DNA of 64,000 nucleotides from Macrostomum lignano. Its lineage: Eukaryota. This document shows, in pieces, positions 46,601 through 58,410 of this stretch. The notes under the pieces are model-generated. The model was not told the origin of the DNA, made no database searches, and saw only the letters and a program-made list of their open reading frames with translations. The stretch spans positions 1-64,000 of the forward strand of contig NIVC01001848.1 in the NCBI GenBank assembly GCA_002269645.1, written 5' to 3'. How positions within the stretch are numbered: the first letter of the stretch is position 1; each line of letters opens with the position of its first letter. The position numbers and the translations under genes were made by a program.

Positions 46601-49600
46601 GATAATTGGGACTGTTTGGGGACGATTGGGGTATATAGATAATATACTGTAAGCCCTTCGTGCTGGGACATTTGGGATTAGGGATAATTGAGACAGTTCC
46701 GAGGTGTCCAAAAGTGCAATTGGAACTCGCGACATACCAGCTTTGCTATTAAAGCGAAATACATTGGAATAAAATTACTACACTTGGTTAATAGAAGCAA
46801 TTGGCAACTTAAAAATAAATAAATAAAATAACTGAGATCTATGTTGAAGCATACGCCATTGCTTGTGCTTTGCTATTGCTTATTTATGCATAAATGTTTT
46901 CTGTTAAGAAGCCGCCAGTGCAACGACAGTAAATCTGAGCTACCTAGATAAATTATTAAATAAACAAAACGCTGCCATTGTTTATTCCAAGCATCTTCTC
47001 ACTTCTAAAACTTGAAGCGAACTGGGCACAGAAGCCGATGTCAGCGTCAAGATGAAGACGCGCTGCTTGCAATTGTTATTAATTAAAAGAAACACAGAAT
47101 GTATTGTACTAGTAAGATTGTTGAATAACCAGATAAGTTTGCGATATTTCATTACCAAAATGATGTTCCACAAGAGCAACAGCCTCACTGACCCCTTAAT
47201 TTCATAAATCATAAATCAATCTCACAAATATAATCAAACTGCTCTCACCTGAGCGCCAGTCTGTGAAGAAGAGGCCACCTCAGGCTGGTGGAAGCGAAAC
47301 TTGCCCACAACCAGCGGCTGCTGCGAGCCGCCACCGTCGCCAGAGACTTCAAAGCCGCCGCCGCCACCGCCGTCTCCCCGCGCCGACGCGGCAGCCGAAG
47401 CAGCGGCTGCCATGGCCGCGAAGGAGCTGCGCCGGGACGCGGATGACGAGCCGGACGACTCTCTCGCCGACCGGGGCGACGTCGCGGCGAATTTGAGGCT
47501 CGCTGAGTCCTGGGACTGCGTCAGAGGGGCAGCGGCGGCAGCTGCGCCATCCAAGCTCTCTGGCTGCTGCTCGTCAAGTTGACCAGGGCTGTGAGGCGCA
47601 TGTGATGCTGACTGCTGCGGAATCTGCTGCTGTGGAATCTGCTGCTGTGGAATCTGCTGCTGTGGAATCTGCTGCTGTGGAATCTGCTGCTGCGGAATCT
47701 GCTGCTGCGGAATCTGCTGCTGTGGAATCTGCTGCTGCGGAATCTGCTGCTGTGGAATCTGCTGCTGCGGAATCTGCTGCTGCGGAACCTGCTGCTGCGG
47801 AATCTGCTGTTGTGGAATCTGCTGCTGTGGAATCTGCTGCTGCGGAACCTGCTGCTGCGGAATCTGCTGCTGCGGAGTCTGCTGCTGCGGAGTCTGCTGC
47901 TGCGGAATCTGCTGCTGCGGAACCTGCTGCTGCGGAATCTGCTGTTGTGGAGTCTGCTGCTGTGGAATCTGCTGCTGCGGAACCTGCTGCTGTGGAGTCT
48001 GCTGCTGCGGAATCTGCTGCTGCGGAACCTGCTGCTGTGGAATCTGCTGTTGTGGAGTCTGCTGCTGCGGAACCTGCTGCTGCGGAACCTGCTGCTGCGG
48101 AATCTGCTGTTTCGGAATCTGCTGCGAATTTTCCTGAGTTTCAAAAGAATTTTTAGGTAACTTTTTTTTCGGAGCCGCCTTCTTTAACGGCCTCGCAACA
48201 CTGGCAGCCCCGTCGTTGGCCCCGTCCGGTTTGTTGGCCTGCGGAGAAGGGAAAATTAATTCCGACGTGGGTCGAACTCGCGACTGTCTGGTCGGAGTCG
48301 GCCGTTTGCTGTGAAGCGTCTCCACGCTTGGCGGCGGCTTGAAAATGCTGCTTCCGCTTCCGCCTCCGCCTCCTCCAACCCCGCTACGCCTGACAGCGGG
48401 CTGCTGCTTTTGCTGGTCCTGCTGGTGATTCGCAGACCGTCTTGAAGCGGCCGTCGTGGCCGAGGCCGAAAGCACTCGATTTTTCGTAACGGGACCGCCT
48501 GGGCCGCTTTTAGCCGAAGGAGTTTTCGGCGACTGCGGCAGCTGTACCTGCGTCTCCGCCGGGTCCTCGGCGCGCCACTCGGCGAAGAGCTCCGGCCGGA
48601 AGCGCGGCTTGGCCACCCGCTTAGTTGACGAGTCCAGCACCGACAGGCTGGCCGACAACTGCCGGCTGTTGCGCAGCAGGTTCCGCTGCACCGTGCCGCT
48701 GACGGCGTCCTGCTGTCGCTGCAGCCGCCGGATGTCGGCCTGCAGGCCCGCCAGCCCGCTGTCCAGCTGGTCCAGCTGCTGCTGGCTGCCCCGGTCGGCG
48801 CCGCGCGCCAGGCGCTGCTGTTGGCGGCGCTGTCGGCTGGCTTCAATTTGGCGCCGTCTCAGCTCCATCTGAGCGCGAAGATCCGCGCCTGCGATGCCGC
48901 CCCCGACGCTGTCGTCGCCTTCGTTGTTGTTCGCTGGCGCCGTAGTTGCGGCCGCTGCCAAAGCGGATTTGCGCGCAAAATCCAGCCAAGTTGTCGTTGA
49001 GCCGCCGCCACCGCCGCCGCGCCCATCAGATGGTGCGTCGACATTGTCGACTGCCTCAGGCTCTGCGACTGCAATGCTCAGAGTCGGCACGGCCAGTCGG
49101 GCGAACATTTCGGCCAACAGGCAGCTGACGTTGCTGGCCAGTCGGGGCGTCGCCGGCGCCGTCAGGTGCTCCGGCCGCGGGATCGGCGTCGACAAGCCGG
49201 CGTCGGCGCAGATCCGGGCCAGCCTACGGTAATTATCTGGCGCCGATTGTTGCCAGGGCTTCGACGCCGAGTTGTCAGTCAGGTCGCCAGGTTGATAGTA
49301 GAAGTCAGCCAGCAGCAGCAGCCTGGCGGAGTCGTCCAGCTGAGCTGCCTCGGCCGTGTCGGCGCCGGTCGCTTTGCAATAGGCGGCGTCGCTGATCCGA
49401 CGCAGCCAGATCGCTAGCGCGTCCGGCGTCGAGGCCGCCCGGGCTGTCGCGGCCGCCTCTGATTGGTCAGCGGGGCCCAGAGCGGCAGACAGCGCCTGGC
49501 CAATCAGAGACGGGCTGGCACAGTGCCTGCTGTGCGCGGCCATCAGGGCGTCAATTAAAGCAACATGAGCGGCCTGCAATGAGAATTAGCATAATTATTA

Positions 49601-52600
49601 TAGTACAGTATTTATTTGGCTTCTAAAGTTCTGGCTTGTCTAGCGCATTCGGCGCTACTATCTGCAAGTTAAGCAGTGTTGACTGCGGTTGAGTACGCAA
49701 CTAAGCTCCTGGTTCATTCCGCTGTGATAAGACGCGCTTTGTCTGTCCAAGTACAAAGCGTTGCAGCTTACCAATAAATTCTACGAGGGGCATTCAAAAA
49801 GTTTTGGCAACTGCATATGCAGATATACTTTGGCTCAAGCAAAATGCACTAAATTTTAGGAATGTCTTTAGTAACATGCCTGATACCAACGTATAAACTT
49901 TCCGCTCAATAGCTTCACCCGTTATTGCACAATTCACAGCTAACCATAACTAAGTTTCAGCTTCTGACAAATTATGGAAAATATCAGCTCAGAAAACACG
50001 CGCTTCTACATCTTCATGCGCGTACAACTTGGAGAAAACGCCACCAAAATTCATGCCGACTTAGCACAGGTGATAGGGGATCAAGCTCCATCTTATAGAA
50101 CTGTTGCGCGATGGATTGAGGCTTTTGGCGCCGGCAGGAGCAGCCTCAGTGACAACCCTCGATCTGGGAGGCCGAGCACAGCCGTGACCAAGAGCAACAT
50201 TGACGCTGTGCAATCGCTGGTGGCTGAGGACCCAAACATTTCTGTTGCCATACTGAGCCAGACACTTGGCATATCTGATAGCAGCGTTTTCACCATCCTG
50301 CATGATCAGCTGGGTCTCAGAAAAATCACAGCTCGTTGGGTGCCGCATCAGCTCACTGAGGAGCAGCGCCAGGAGCGGGTTCGCTGCAGTCAGGAGTTCT
50401 TGCGCTGCTTTGGTTCTGGCGGCACCAAGCGCCTCTCTGACATCGTCACATCGGACTTAGCTCCGTGCGACTTCTGGGCCTTCCCGAAATTGACGGAGAG
50501 GCTGGCTGGGCGCCGATTTCAGAGGCCGCAAGACCTGGCCCGCGCTATCAATTCAGAGTTGAGGGCATTCACTGAATCGGAGTACCGTGGCGCCTTTGAT
50601 TCGTGGATACGGAGGCATCAGAAGTGCATAGAGCGCGGCGGAGACTACATAGAAGGACTGTAAACCCTTACTTTTAGAATAATAAGCTTCCACTAGATTT
50701 TAGTCGCCTGTTGCCAAAACTTTTTGAATGCCCCTCGTAGCACCCGGCTCAATATGCTATAAATCAAAGGTAAAATTTTACGAAGAAATTAACCCCCATA
50801 ACCATGCGGAGAGGGAAGGGTACAGGGTATTAATCCCCTGTGCGCAATCTTATTGAAGCTCAAGAGGAAACGAAGGCAGGGCTGAAACCGGAGGAGTGCA
50901 AAAGCCCGAGAGAACCAGCTGCTGTCTTGTCTCATGTTGAGGAGCTACTAGCTTAATAATATACACTATACATAGGAGTTTATATGCATATACTTAATTG
51001 GAATAGTACAGACGCGAAATTGAAATATACGAATATTTCGTTAGTTGTACGATATATATATATATATATATATTATTTGGGCGAAGGGTGTGAGAGATAA
51101 CAGTGTAACAAAATAATTGCATTGACTTTGATAACTATGTTTGTTAATAACTGTATGTAATTTTGTAAGTCAACCAAATATTCGCTAAACACTGCCATAT
51201 TTGTTCAAAGCTGGCTTGATAGATAATTACATGTACATGACACAGAAACCGCCCACACTTTGCTTGCGCACTCGCACACTCACACTTGCTGCACCCAAAA
51301 TGGATCATAAAAAAGTATTAGATAGACTTGATTTCCTTTGACAGTCTCTGCACACGAACAATTCCCCTTTGACAGTCTCTACACACGAACAATTCCCCTT
51401 TGACAGTCTCTACACACGAACAATTCCCCTTTGACAGTCTCTGCACACGAACAATTCCCCTTTGACAGTGTCTGCACACCCAACGATTCCCCTTTGACAG
51501 TCTCTACACACGAACAATTCCCCTTTGACAGTCTCTGAACACCCAACGATTCCCCTTTGACAGTCTCTGCACACACAAACAATTCCCCTTTGACAGTCTT
51601 TGCACACGAACAATTCCCCTTTGACAGTCTCTGCACACGAACAATTCCCCTTTGACAGTGTCTGCACACCCAACGATTCCCCTTTGACAGTCTCTACACA
51701 CGAACAATTCCCCTTTGACAGTCTCTGAACACCCAACGATTCCCCTTTGACAGTCTCTGCACACACAAACAATTCCCCTTTGACAGTCTCTGCACACGAA
51801 CAATTCCCCTTTGACAGTCTCGGCAAACAAACAATTCCCCTTTGACAGTCTCTACATACCCAAGAATTCCCCTTTGACAGTCTCTGCACACCCAACAATT
51901 CCCCTTTGACAGTCTCTGCACACACGAACAATTCCCCTTTGACAGAATCTGCACACGAACAGTTCCCCTTTGACAGTCTCTGCACACAAACAATTCCCCT
52001 TTGACAGTCTCTGCACACGAACAGTTCCCCTTTGACAGTCTTTGCACACGAACAATTCCCCCTTGACAGTCTCTACACACCCAAGAATTCCCTTTTGACA
52101 GTGTCTGCACACCCAACGATTCCCCTTTGACAGTCTCTACACACGAACAATTCCCCTTTGACAGTCTTTGCACACGAACAATTCCCCTTTGACAGTCTCG
52201 GCAAACGAACAATTCCCCTTTGACAGTCTCGGCAAACGAAAAATTCCCCTTTACAACAGTAATTCTGCTCAGCCCGGGCATCTGAGTAACAGTCAATCAT
52301 TACCTCATGCTCAGCGTCCCATTCGTGCGTCAGATCATCAGGCTCCACCGGTCGCCGCCGACAGTCGCCCTTCTCGTTGGCGTTGCTTTCGTCAACGTCG
52401 ACATGAAGCAGTTCGGCGAATCCGCGCACCCGAAGGCAGGCGAGGACGCCGGCGTGATCGGCACAAGCGACGCCCGGCAGCAGGCGGCGACAGGCGGCCA
52501 CGTACAGCCGGCCGCTGGTCAGGCCGGCGGCCACGGCAGCCGACGGGCCCTGGGCGGCCGAGTCCCACGCTGAAGTGTCGGCTGATGAGGCGAACTCTGG

Positions 52601-52645
52601 CGACGCCTTGGAGACCAGCCAGATGACTGACTCGAATAGCTTTGC
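43687..52645 (-). CDS. CAMSAP: CAMSAP/Patronin microtubule minus-end binding protein (5' end unresolved)
   Basis: Exons 52645-52304, 49573-47249, 46194-45673 and 44547-43687, all phase 0. N-terminal AKLFESVIWLVSKA and AHVALIDALMAAH; coiled coil LRAQMELRRRQIE; C-terminal CKK domain KSNRAVIHNAISHCCLAGPVN...FMLLFRD...FYKYNS. Confidence 0.9.
44966..45625. repeat. 16-bp intronic minisatellite plus a short 12-bp array
   Basis: aaggggcgccagcacc repeated about 35 times; catgcccctggc repeats at 45566-45625. Confidence 0.97.
46244..46700. repeat. 20-bp intronic minisatellite
   Basis: gggataattgggactgtttg and variants. Confidence 0.95.
47604..48130 (-). repeat. 15-bp in-frame repeat encoding about 35 x QQ(I/V/T)PQ inside the CAMSAP ORF
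   Basis: Plus-strand units ggaatctgctgctgt, ggaacctgctgctgc and ggagtctgctgttgt. Confidence 0.95.
49784..50737 (+). mobile_element. Mariner element, 954 bp, internally deleted, in a CAMSAP intron (antisense)
   Basis: Perfect 28-bp TIRs CGAGGGGCATTCAAAAAGTTTTGGCAAC (49784-49811 and 50710-50737) with a TA TSD. Confidence 0.97.
49974..50663 (+). CDS. Mariner transposase lacking most of the DD34D core (229 aa, open frame)
   Basis: HTH region, RSGRP and WVPHQL present; IVT is joined directly to SDLAPCDF, so the GDE and DNA motifs are missing; C-terminal GGDY retained. Confidence 0.9.
   Translation: MENISSENTRFYIFMRVQLGENATKIHADLAQVIGDQAPSYRTVARWIEAFGAGRSSLSDNPRSGRPSTAVTKSNIDAVQSLVAEDPNISVAILSQTLGISDSSVFTILHDQLGLRKITARWVPHQLTEEQRQERVRCSQEFLRCFGSGGTKRLSDIVTSDLAPCDFWAFPKLTERLAGRRFQRPQDLARAINSELRAFTESEYRGAFDSWIRRHQKCIERGGDYIEGL
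51335..52255. repeat. 31/33-bp intronic minisatellite
   Basis: ttcccctttgacagtctctgcacacgaacaa and variants. Confidence 0.97.
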
Positions 52646-52674
52646 CTGGGATGGGCGAAGGCATGGGCATGGGA

Positions 52675-52830
52675 GATTCTATTAGTAGCTTCTGGGAGAT
52701 TCTAATACCAGCTTCAAGGAGATTCTAATAGCAGCTTCTGGGAAATTCTAATACCAGCTTCAAGGATATTCTAATACCAGCTTTAAGGAGAGTCTAATAG
52801 CAGCTTCGAAGAGACTTTGTTGGTAGCTTC
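52675..52830. repeat. Short approximately 23-bp tandem repeat next to a CAMSAP acceptor
   Basis: ctaataccagcttcaaggagatt variants. Confidence 0.75.
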
Positions 52831-53712
52831 AAGGCAATTCTCAGGTGAAAAAACAAGCGATAAGAAAAAAGAAATAGGTGTAAATTTAATTTATTAATGC
52901 ATTGCGTGTGCATAATTTTTTGGAAGTATGAGCATGTCTTTCATCCACTATACTAAAAATAGTACCCTAAAAATGTCAGAATTAAACCCAAATCTATGAA
53001 AAAATCTTCAGACAAGGGCAATGGTAAACAATAGGAAAAAGTTTCTGTTTTGCAATGGTCAGATTGAAAAACTAGGTAAATGTCTATAGCCCAATAAGTA
53101 TGAAGTTTACTTTTTAAAGAAATCAATTGTTTGAAGGAATTGCATATAATATATGTAAGAGACACAGTAAACTCCCAAAGTATTTATAGTTTCCAATTCA
53201 TCTAAGCACATAGATTGTCAATTACCTTCTCAGGGTTGACTTCTATCTTAGCAGGCATTGCAGTCAGTTTAAGTAGCCAAATAAATTAGTTATTATTCAC
53301 TGGGTTGAGAGTCCATAGCTGGTTGTTCCTGAAAAATTGTGACTAGAATTGATAAATCTGTATATATATATTTAATTTATATAAATTAAACCAATGATGA
53401 ATGTTATAAATTAGCAAGCAAAAATAGACTTGATATACAATTACTAAGCCAATGAGGCCCAGATTGCTACCTTTGAAAAAAATATTGTCTTATAAAAACA
53501 AAATTTTTATATAGCTCATATATATTGTGAGTATCTATTTGCTTTTAGCTATCAATTAGCATATATACATTTCATTTTTTAAGGTTGGAAAGCATAGGAT
53601 TACACTACAAACATGTCTACAATTTTTTATAATAAAGGCTAGGCCTATCCTTTGCAAAATGGTGTAATTGTTTGTATAGGCTATTGTAAACCCTATATAT
53701 ACTCATGTTTGG

Positions 53713-53868
53713 GCGCAACCTTGGGATTCACTCGGCCGTTTCTATTGGCAACACACACATGTATGTCGCTATTGGACAGAAAAGTAGTCACGTGACTGCT
53801 CTCAGCCAATAGCGACTTACATGTGTGTGTTGCCAATAGAAACGGCCGGGTGATTCCCAAGGTTGCGC
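53713..53868. mobile_element. Palindromic MITE-like element (63-bp arms, 3 mismatches)
   Basis: Arms 53713-53775 and 53806-53868; the loop contains agtcacgtgact. Confidence 0.85.
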
Positions 53869-55443
53869 ACGTATGTATATACTTTCTTTTTTCAAACATG
53901 CATATAATTTGCTTTGGGAGCTAGTGCTCATGTAGGGACTCTATTAAGATTTAGAAAATATTGAATTCTTTTGTTAGCAGGCACTAGCTTAGTCTGGTCT
54001 AAGACAGTGTGGTCATATATGTAGTCAATAGTACATCTTGCTAGTTATATAATAATGTCATTTAAAGTGTGCTAGTATGCACATAGCCTTTGTCTATGAT
54101 GAAAAAAAATATTTTTGCTTTTAGTAGATATATTTTTAGCATATAAAACATTTCTACTTTAACTCAGGCCTATCGAAAAAAATTTAAAAAGTATTTTACA
54201 TAAGCAATCAAATATATTTGGGAATTTTATAGATTTCTACAAATTGTTGTAGGCCTAAAAGTTAAAAAGGTAAATACCCTGGTATAAAGAGAAAAATAAA
54301 TATTTTTTCAACTTAAAATGCATTAGGCCCCCCAGGCCTAATTTTGTGTTCTAAATCAGAAATCTTTGAACTTTTCCTTTATTCCTTTTGTCACCTATTT
54401 GGCTATTAGTATTAAGTAGGTAGTTTTTGCGAAAAATCTTTAAATATAATATTTATAAAAACTATTTGCTGTTTTATGGGCCTAATCATGCTGCAATTTG
54501 ATTTCGAGTTATGTCATTGTCATATATCACAATCGGTAAGCTAAAGCAGGTCTATAATAATGTTATGGCTAGCAAAACCAAAGGTTATAAGATTTTTGAA
54601 TATTTTTTACTTCTTAACTTTTACTAGTACTTAACAATCACAGTTAAAAGTCAGGCACAAATTTTACAAGCATTGACCAAATGCATCGATAGAACTAGGC
54701 CTAAAGGCCTAGGACTATGCCTAGTTTTATTATAAAAGCAAATACAAAGCAACTATATAATGAATTAAACATAGTAAATTTAGTAAGTAAAGTTAAGATT
54801 TATCTCTAAAAAATGCAGTCATTTAACATCAGAAATACATATTGCTTGTACAATATAATAGACAGACAGGCGGGCTGCGAGTTCTATTCGTATTCAGCGA
54901 GTTTAGTAGGCCTACACTGATTCTGGAAGGAAGACCGCTTTTACCTTAGTTATTACGCCTAATTCAAAATATTTCTGTTGGTTCTACCTAGAACTCGAGT
55001 TTTGTCACACTCAGTCCTAGAAAAATATTCAAATTCCACGGCAATTTAATTTTTCTATCATTGAGAAGAGAACACCAACAAGCTATATATTACGCTCGTA
55101 CACACACGCACTACTAAAAAAATTAGTCACGACAAAAATGTTGAATTTCTTATGTGACTCGAAAGTTATCCCGGATAACAAATTTTTAGCATCTGAGTTT
55201 AGCTGCTAAGCTTTTAATATTTTATAATCAAGATATGCATTTCAAAAATGGGTTACTACAGTAACTTTTAATGTAAATATGGGATTTATTTCACTTGAGA
55301 GATTTACATACAAGGCTTTCACCAATTATTTTTTGTGAATCAGGTCCAGTGTGTCCTCACGACAACCGGTACATCTTGCAAAAAATTTCGGGTTGATTAA
55401 TGGGCTTTCAAATAAGGGTACGTACCATAACTTCAAGTTTTAC

Positions 55444-55494
55444 GTATGTCATTTCTTTAAAATCAGATCGAGGTTCAATTGTTTCAGAGACTAA
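55444..55494 (-). CDS. Tentative upstream CAMSAP exon (LVSETIEPRSDFKEMTY)
   Basis: tacag acceptor and gtaaaa donor, phase 0. Joined to AKLFESVIWL it resembles the CAMSAP N-terminus. No start exon identified. Confidence 0.4.
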
Positions 55495-55502
55495 CTGTAC
55501 AT

Positions 55503-55535
<33 letters not shown>

Positions 55536-56974
55536 TACAAAGTGAGCAATTAATTAATAAGTCAGCCAGTCGCGTGAGTTTTGAGTGGCAAAAGACAACG
55601 TCACATGGCCTGGCAACGAACGTAGGCCGCACCGCTGGCAGTGCTCTAGGGCAGTCGACGAAACCGAGTATACGATCTAACGCAGAACAGGCGAGCGTTC
55701 GGCCGGCCGCGAAGCTGCGCGGTCGTCGACTTGAAGCAGTCAGTTAGACAGGGAGATGCAGCGAAAACTCTGCTGCATAATCGGTCCGATAGACTCTGCA
55801 ACGGCCAGTGAGCCTCACGATCTCCAGCTCCACCCGGAAGATCCGATTGGCCAAGGATAGCAGCAGCTCGATGGGCAATTACCTCGTTGCATGCCGTCGA
55901 GGTACAAGTAGAATAAGTCAAGCATACACTAACAGTGCATATTGAAACTACACGTAGATGTACGAGTATATAATACTATTGTACGTTTAAAGAATTACTG
56001 TTACTGGCACATGATCGCTGCTCTGCTGCTGCCGATCCATACACCCAAACCAATTTAATATTGCTGACCCGGACATGTAAACTCTCAGCCGATTTTCGCG
56101 CACAAGCCCCAAATGAATGTGGCCGCTCGCTCGGAATCGAAGCACGGGGTAGCGTTGCGAGAGTTAAACGCGTTTACCCCTAACTCTGCTATAAGCCTAG
56201 CATTGCGGCTTTTTTTCCTAACATGTCATCATGGGATACAAATGTTTTTAAGGTTCAAATTGAGCTTTGACTGCACCTGCAAATTCCAACTCGAGCCAAA
56301 AAGAATACCATTAGAGGGATGCTGCCTTTGGGAGGGGCAGTCAGGTGAGGTAATTTTTTTTGCCGGAAAAGATGACGTCTGCATATGCTACTGATCATAT
56401 GACTATAAGTAGCTAGTAAGTACAATATGCTTTTAATTTAGACTCGTGTACATCTTAGCCAGATAAAATGGGCTTCCGGATGCTAAAAATAGAATTGAAG
56501 CCTCAGAGTGGAGAGATCCCATCATCGAGTAGGTGGGTCCGGGGTGGGCAGAACTGAGGTGTTATATTGCGCTCGTTTTCACCATAAAGCTCTCTCGGAG
56601 AGTGTTCGACACTTGGCATCAATAAATCGATTCTTTGGCGGGAAGGGCAAGAGAGGGGAGTGCCCTCCCACAGCTTTGCGCTCTCCCACAGCGCTGACCC
56701 GTTTTCCCCAAGCCTGCTTGGCTGTAGATTGGCAGAGCGGCTTTGGCTCCTCCCTCGACGCTTGCCGAGTCTGTAGAAGCCGAATATGGAGCTTGAAGCG
56801 GAAGCTGCTGGGCCGTGGACGCCTCCAACTAGACATCTGGATAGGAAACAGCTGCAGATACGAGCTATGGTATGCATGGAAGTAGATATGGTAGGTCTGG
56901 GAAGTAGGTATGGTTACAGGCAAGAAACGAACCCTTAGATTCAGTCCTAAATTATTTAGATACTATTTGCTATC

Positions 56975-57437
56975 CTGTGTCTGTTTCCTGCGTCCTGTCT
57001 GTGTCCTGCGTTCTGTGTCTGTGTCCTGCGTCCTGTGTCTGTGTCCTGCGTCCTGTGTCTGTGTCCTGTGTCTGTGTCTGTTTCCTGTGTCTGTGTCTGT
57101 GTCCTGTGTCTGTGTCTGTGTCCTGCGTCCTGTCTGTGTCCTGCCTCCTGTGTCTGTGTCCTGTGTCTGTGTCTGTGTCCTGCGTCCTGTCTGTGTCCTG
57201 TGTCTGTGTCTGTGTCCTGCGTCATGTGTCTGTGTCCTGCGTCCTGTCTGTGTCCTGTGTCTGTGTCTGTGTCCTGCGTCCTGTCTGTGTCCTGTGTCTG
57301 TGTCTGTGTCCTGCGTCCTGTCTGTGTCCTGTGTCTGTGTCTGTGTCCTGCGTCCTGTCTGTGTCCTGTGTCTGTGTCTGTGTCCTGTGTCTGTGTCTGT
57401 GTCCTGTGTCTGTGTCTGTGTCCTGCGTCCTGTGTCT
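56975..57437. repeat. (TG/TC)-rich hexamer-based microsatellite
   Basis: tgtgtc, tgcgtc and cctgtc units. Confidence 0.95.
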
Positions 57438-58077
57438 CACTGCGCCAGATTCTGTCTTCAGATTTAGAAACTCCCTGGCAACAGGCACAAGCGGCAGAAG
57501 AAAATGCTAATGAAAGGCTACTGAGAGGGCGGGTAAATCTCCCTCCCCTCCCCTCTCCGACCTCACGCCAGGGGGCAGGGGAGGAGAGCCACAGTAATTA
57601 ATGCAGCTCTGTGTCCGGGACTCCGGTTTGATGATGTCGAAAAAGAGAGGCTGACTCCCCTACTATAAGCCAGACTGCGAGCTCGCCTGGGAAGAAACTT
57701 CTTTGGTTTTTTGCGGGGGGGGGTTGGATTAGAGATTTTTCGATTTTATTAAATAGGAGCAGCTAGCTGTAGACCCGAGCACTGTACTGCTGCCCGGGGC
57801 AGTGTTGTGTTCTAGCAGATGTCGCTCAGCATAGCAACTAACTGGCTAACTTGGCGAATCCCGATCTCGGTAAAAACAGCTGAGCCCTGCACTCAGCTGC
57901 TGCTCAATATGCTGGCTTTTAACTCTGTAAACTGCGCCATTGATTCTTAAGCGTAAATTGCCTGGTATATAATGAACTGCATTGTAAGATTGCATTTTGC
58001 TTGGTTCTAAAATAATTCAAATTCTGTTTGAGTCAAATTGGTTGTAAAATGGTTTTAAATACCTTCAAAGTGTCTCA

Positions 58078-58410
58078 AAGTGTCCACTCCTATCTTAAAA
58101 TGTCCACTCCTATCTTAAAATGTCCACTCCTATCTCAAAATGTCCACTCCTATCTCAAAATTTCCACTCCTATCTCAAAATGTCCACTCCTGTCTTAAAA
58201 TGTCCACTCCTATCTTAAAATTTCCACTCATATCTCAAACTGTCCATCCACTATTGTCTCAGATGGTTTCAAAATGTCTCATTGTATCCGCTTCTGACTC
58301 AATCTGTCCACTCCTGTCTCAAAATGTCCACTCCTATCTCAAAGTGTCCACTCCTGTCTCAAAATGTCTTATCCTGTCTCAAAATGTCCACTCTTGTCTC
58401 AAAATGTCCA
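58078..58410. repeat. 20-bp minisatellite, decaying to the right
   Basis: aaaatgtccactcctatctc. Confidence 0.9.

Noticed and set aside
47602-48156. AAVES/AAAEP repeat ORF on the plus strand (antifreeze-like look)
   Set aside because: Antisense reading of the CAMSAP QQIPQ repeat.
55640-55920. GC-rich stretch with a protein-like minus frame (LPIELLLSLANRIFRVELEIVR...)
   Set aside because: No usable start or acceptor and no recognised family; may be a UTR or promoter of CAMSAP.
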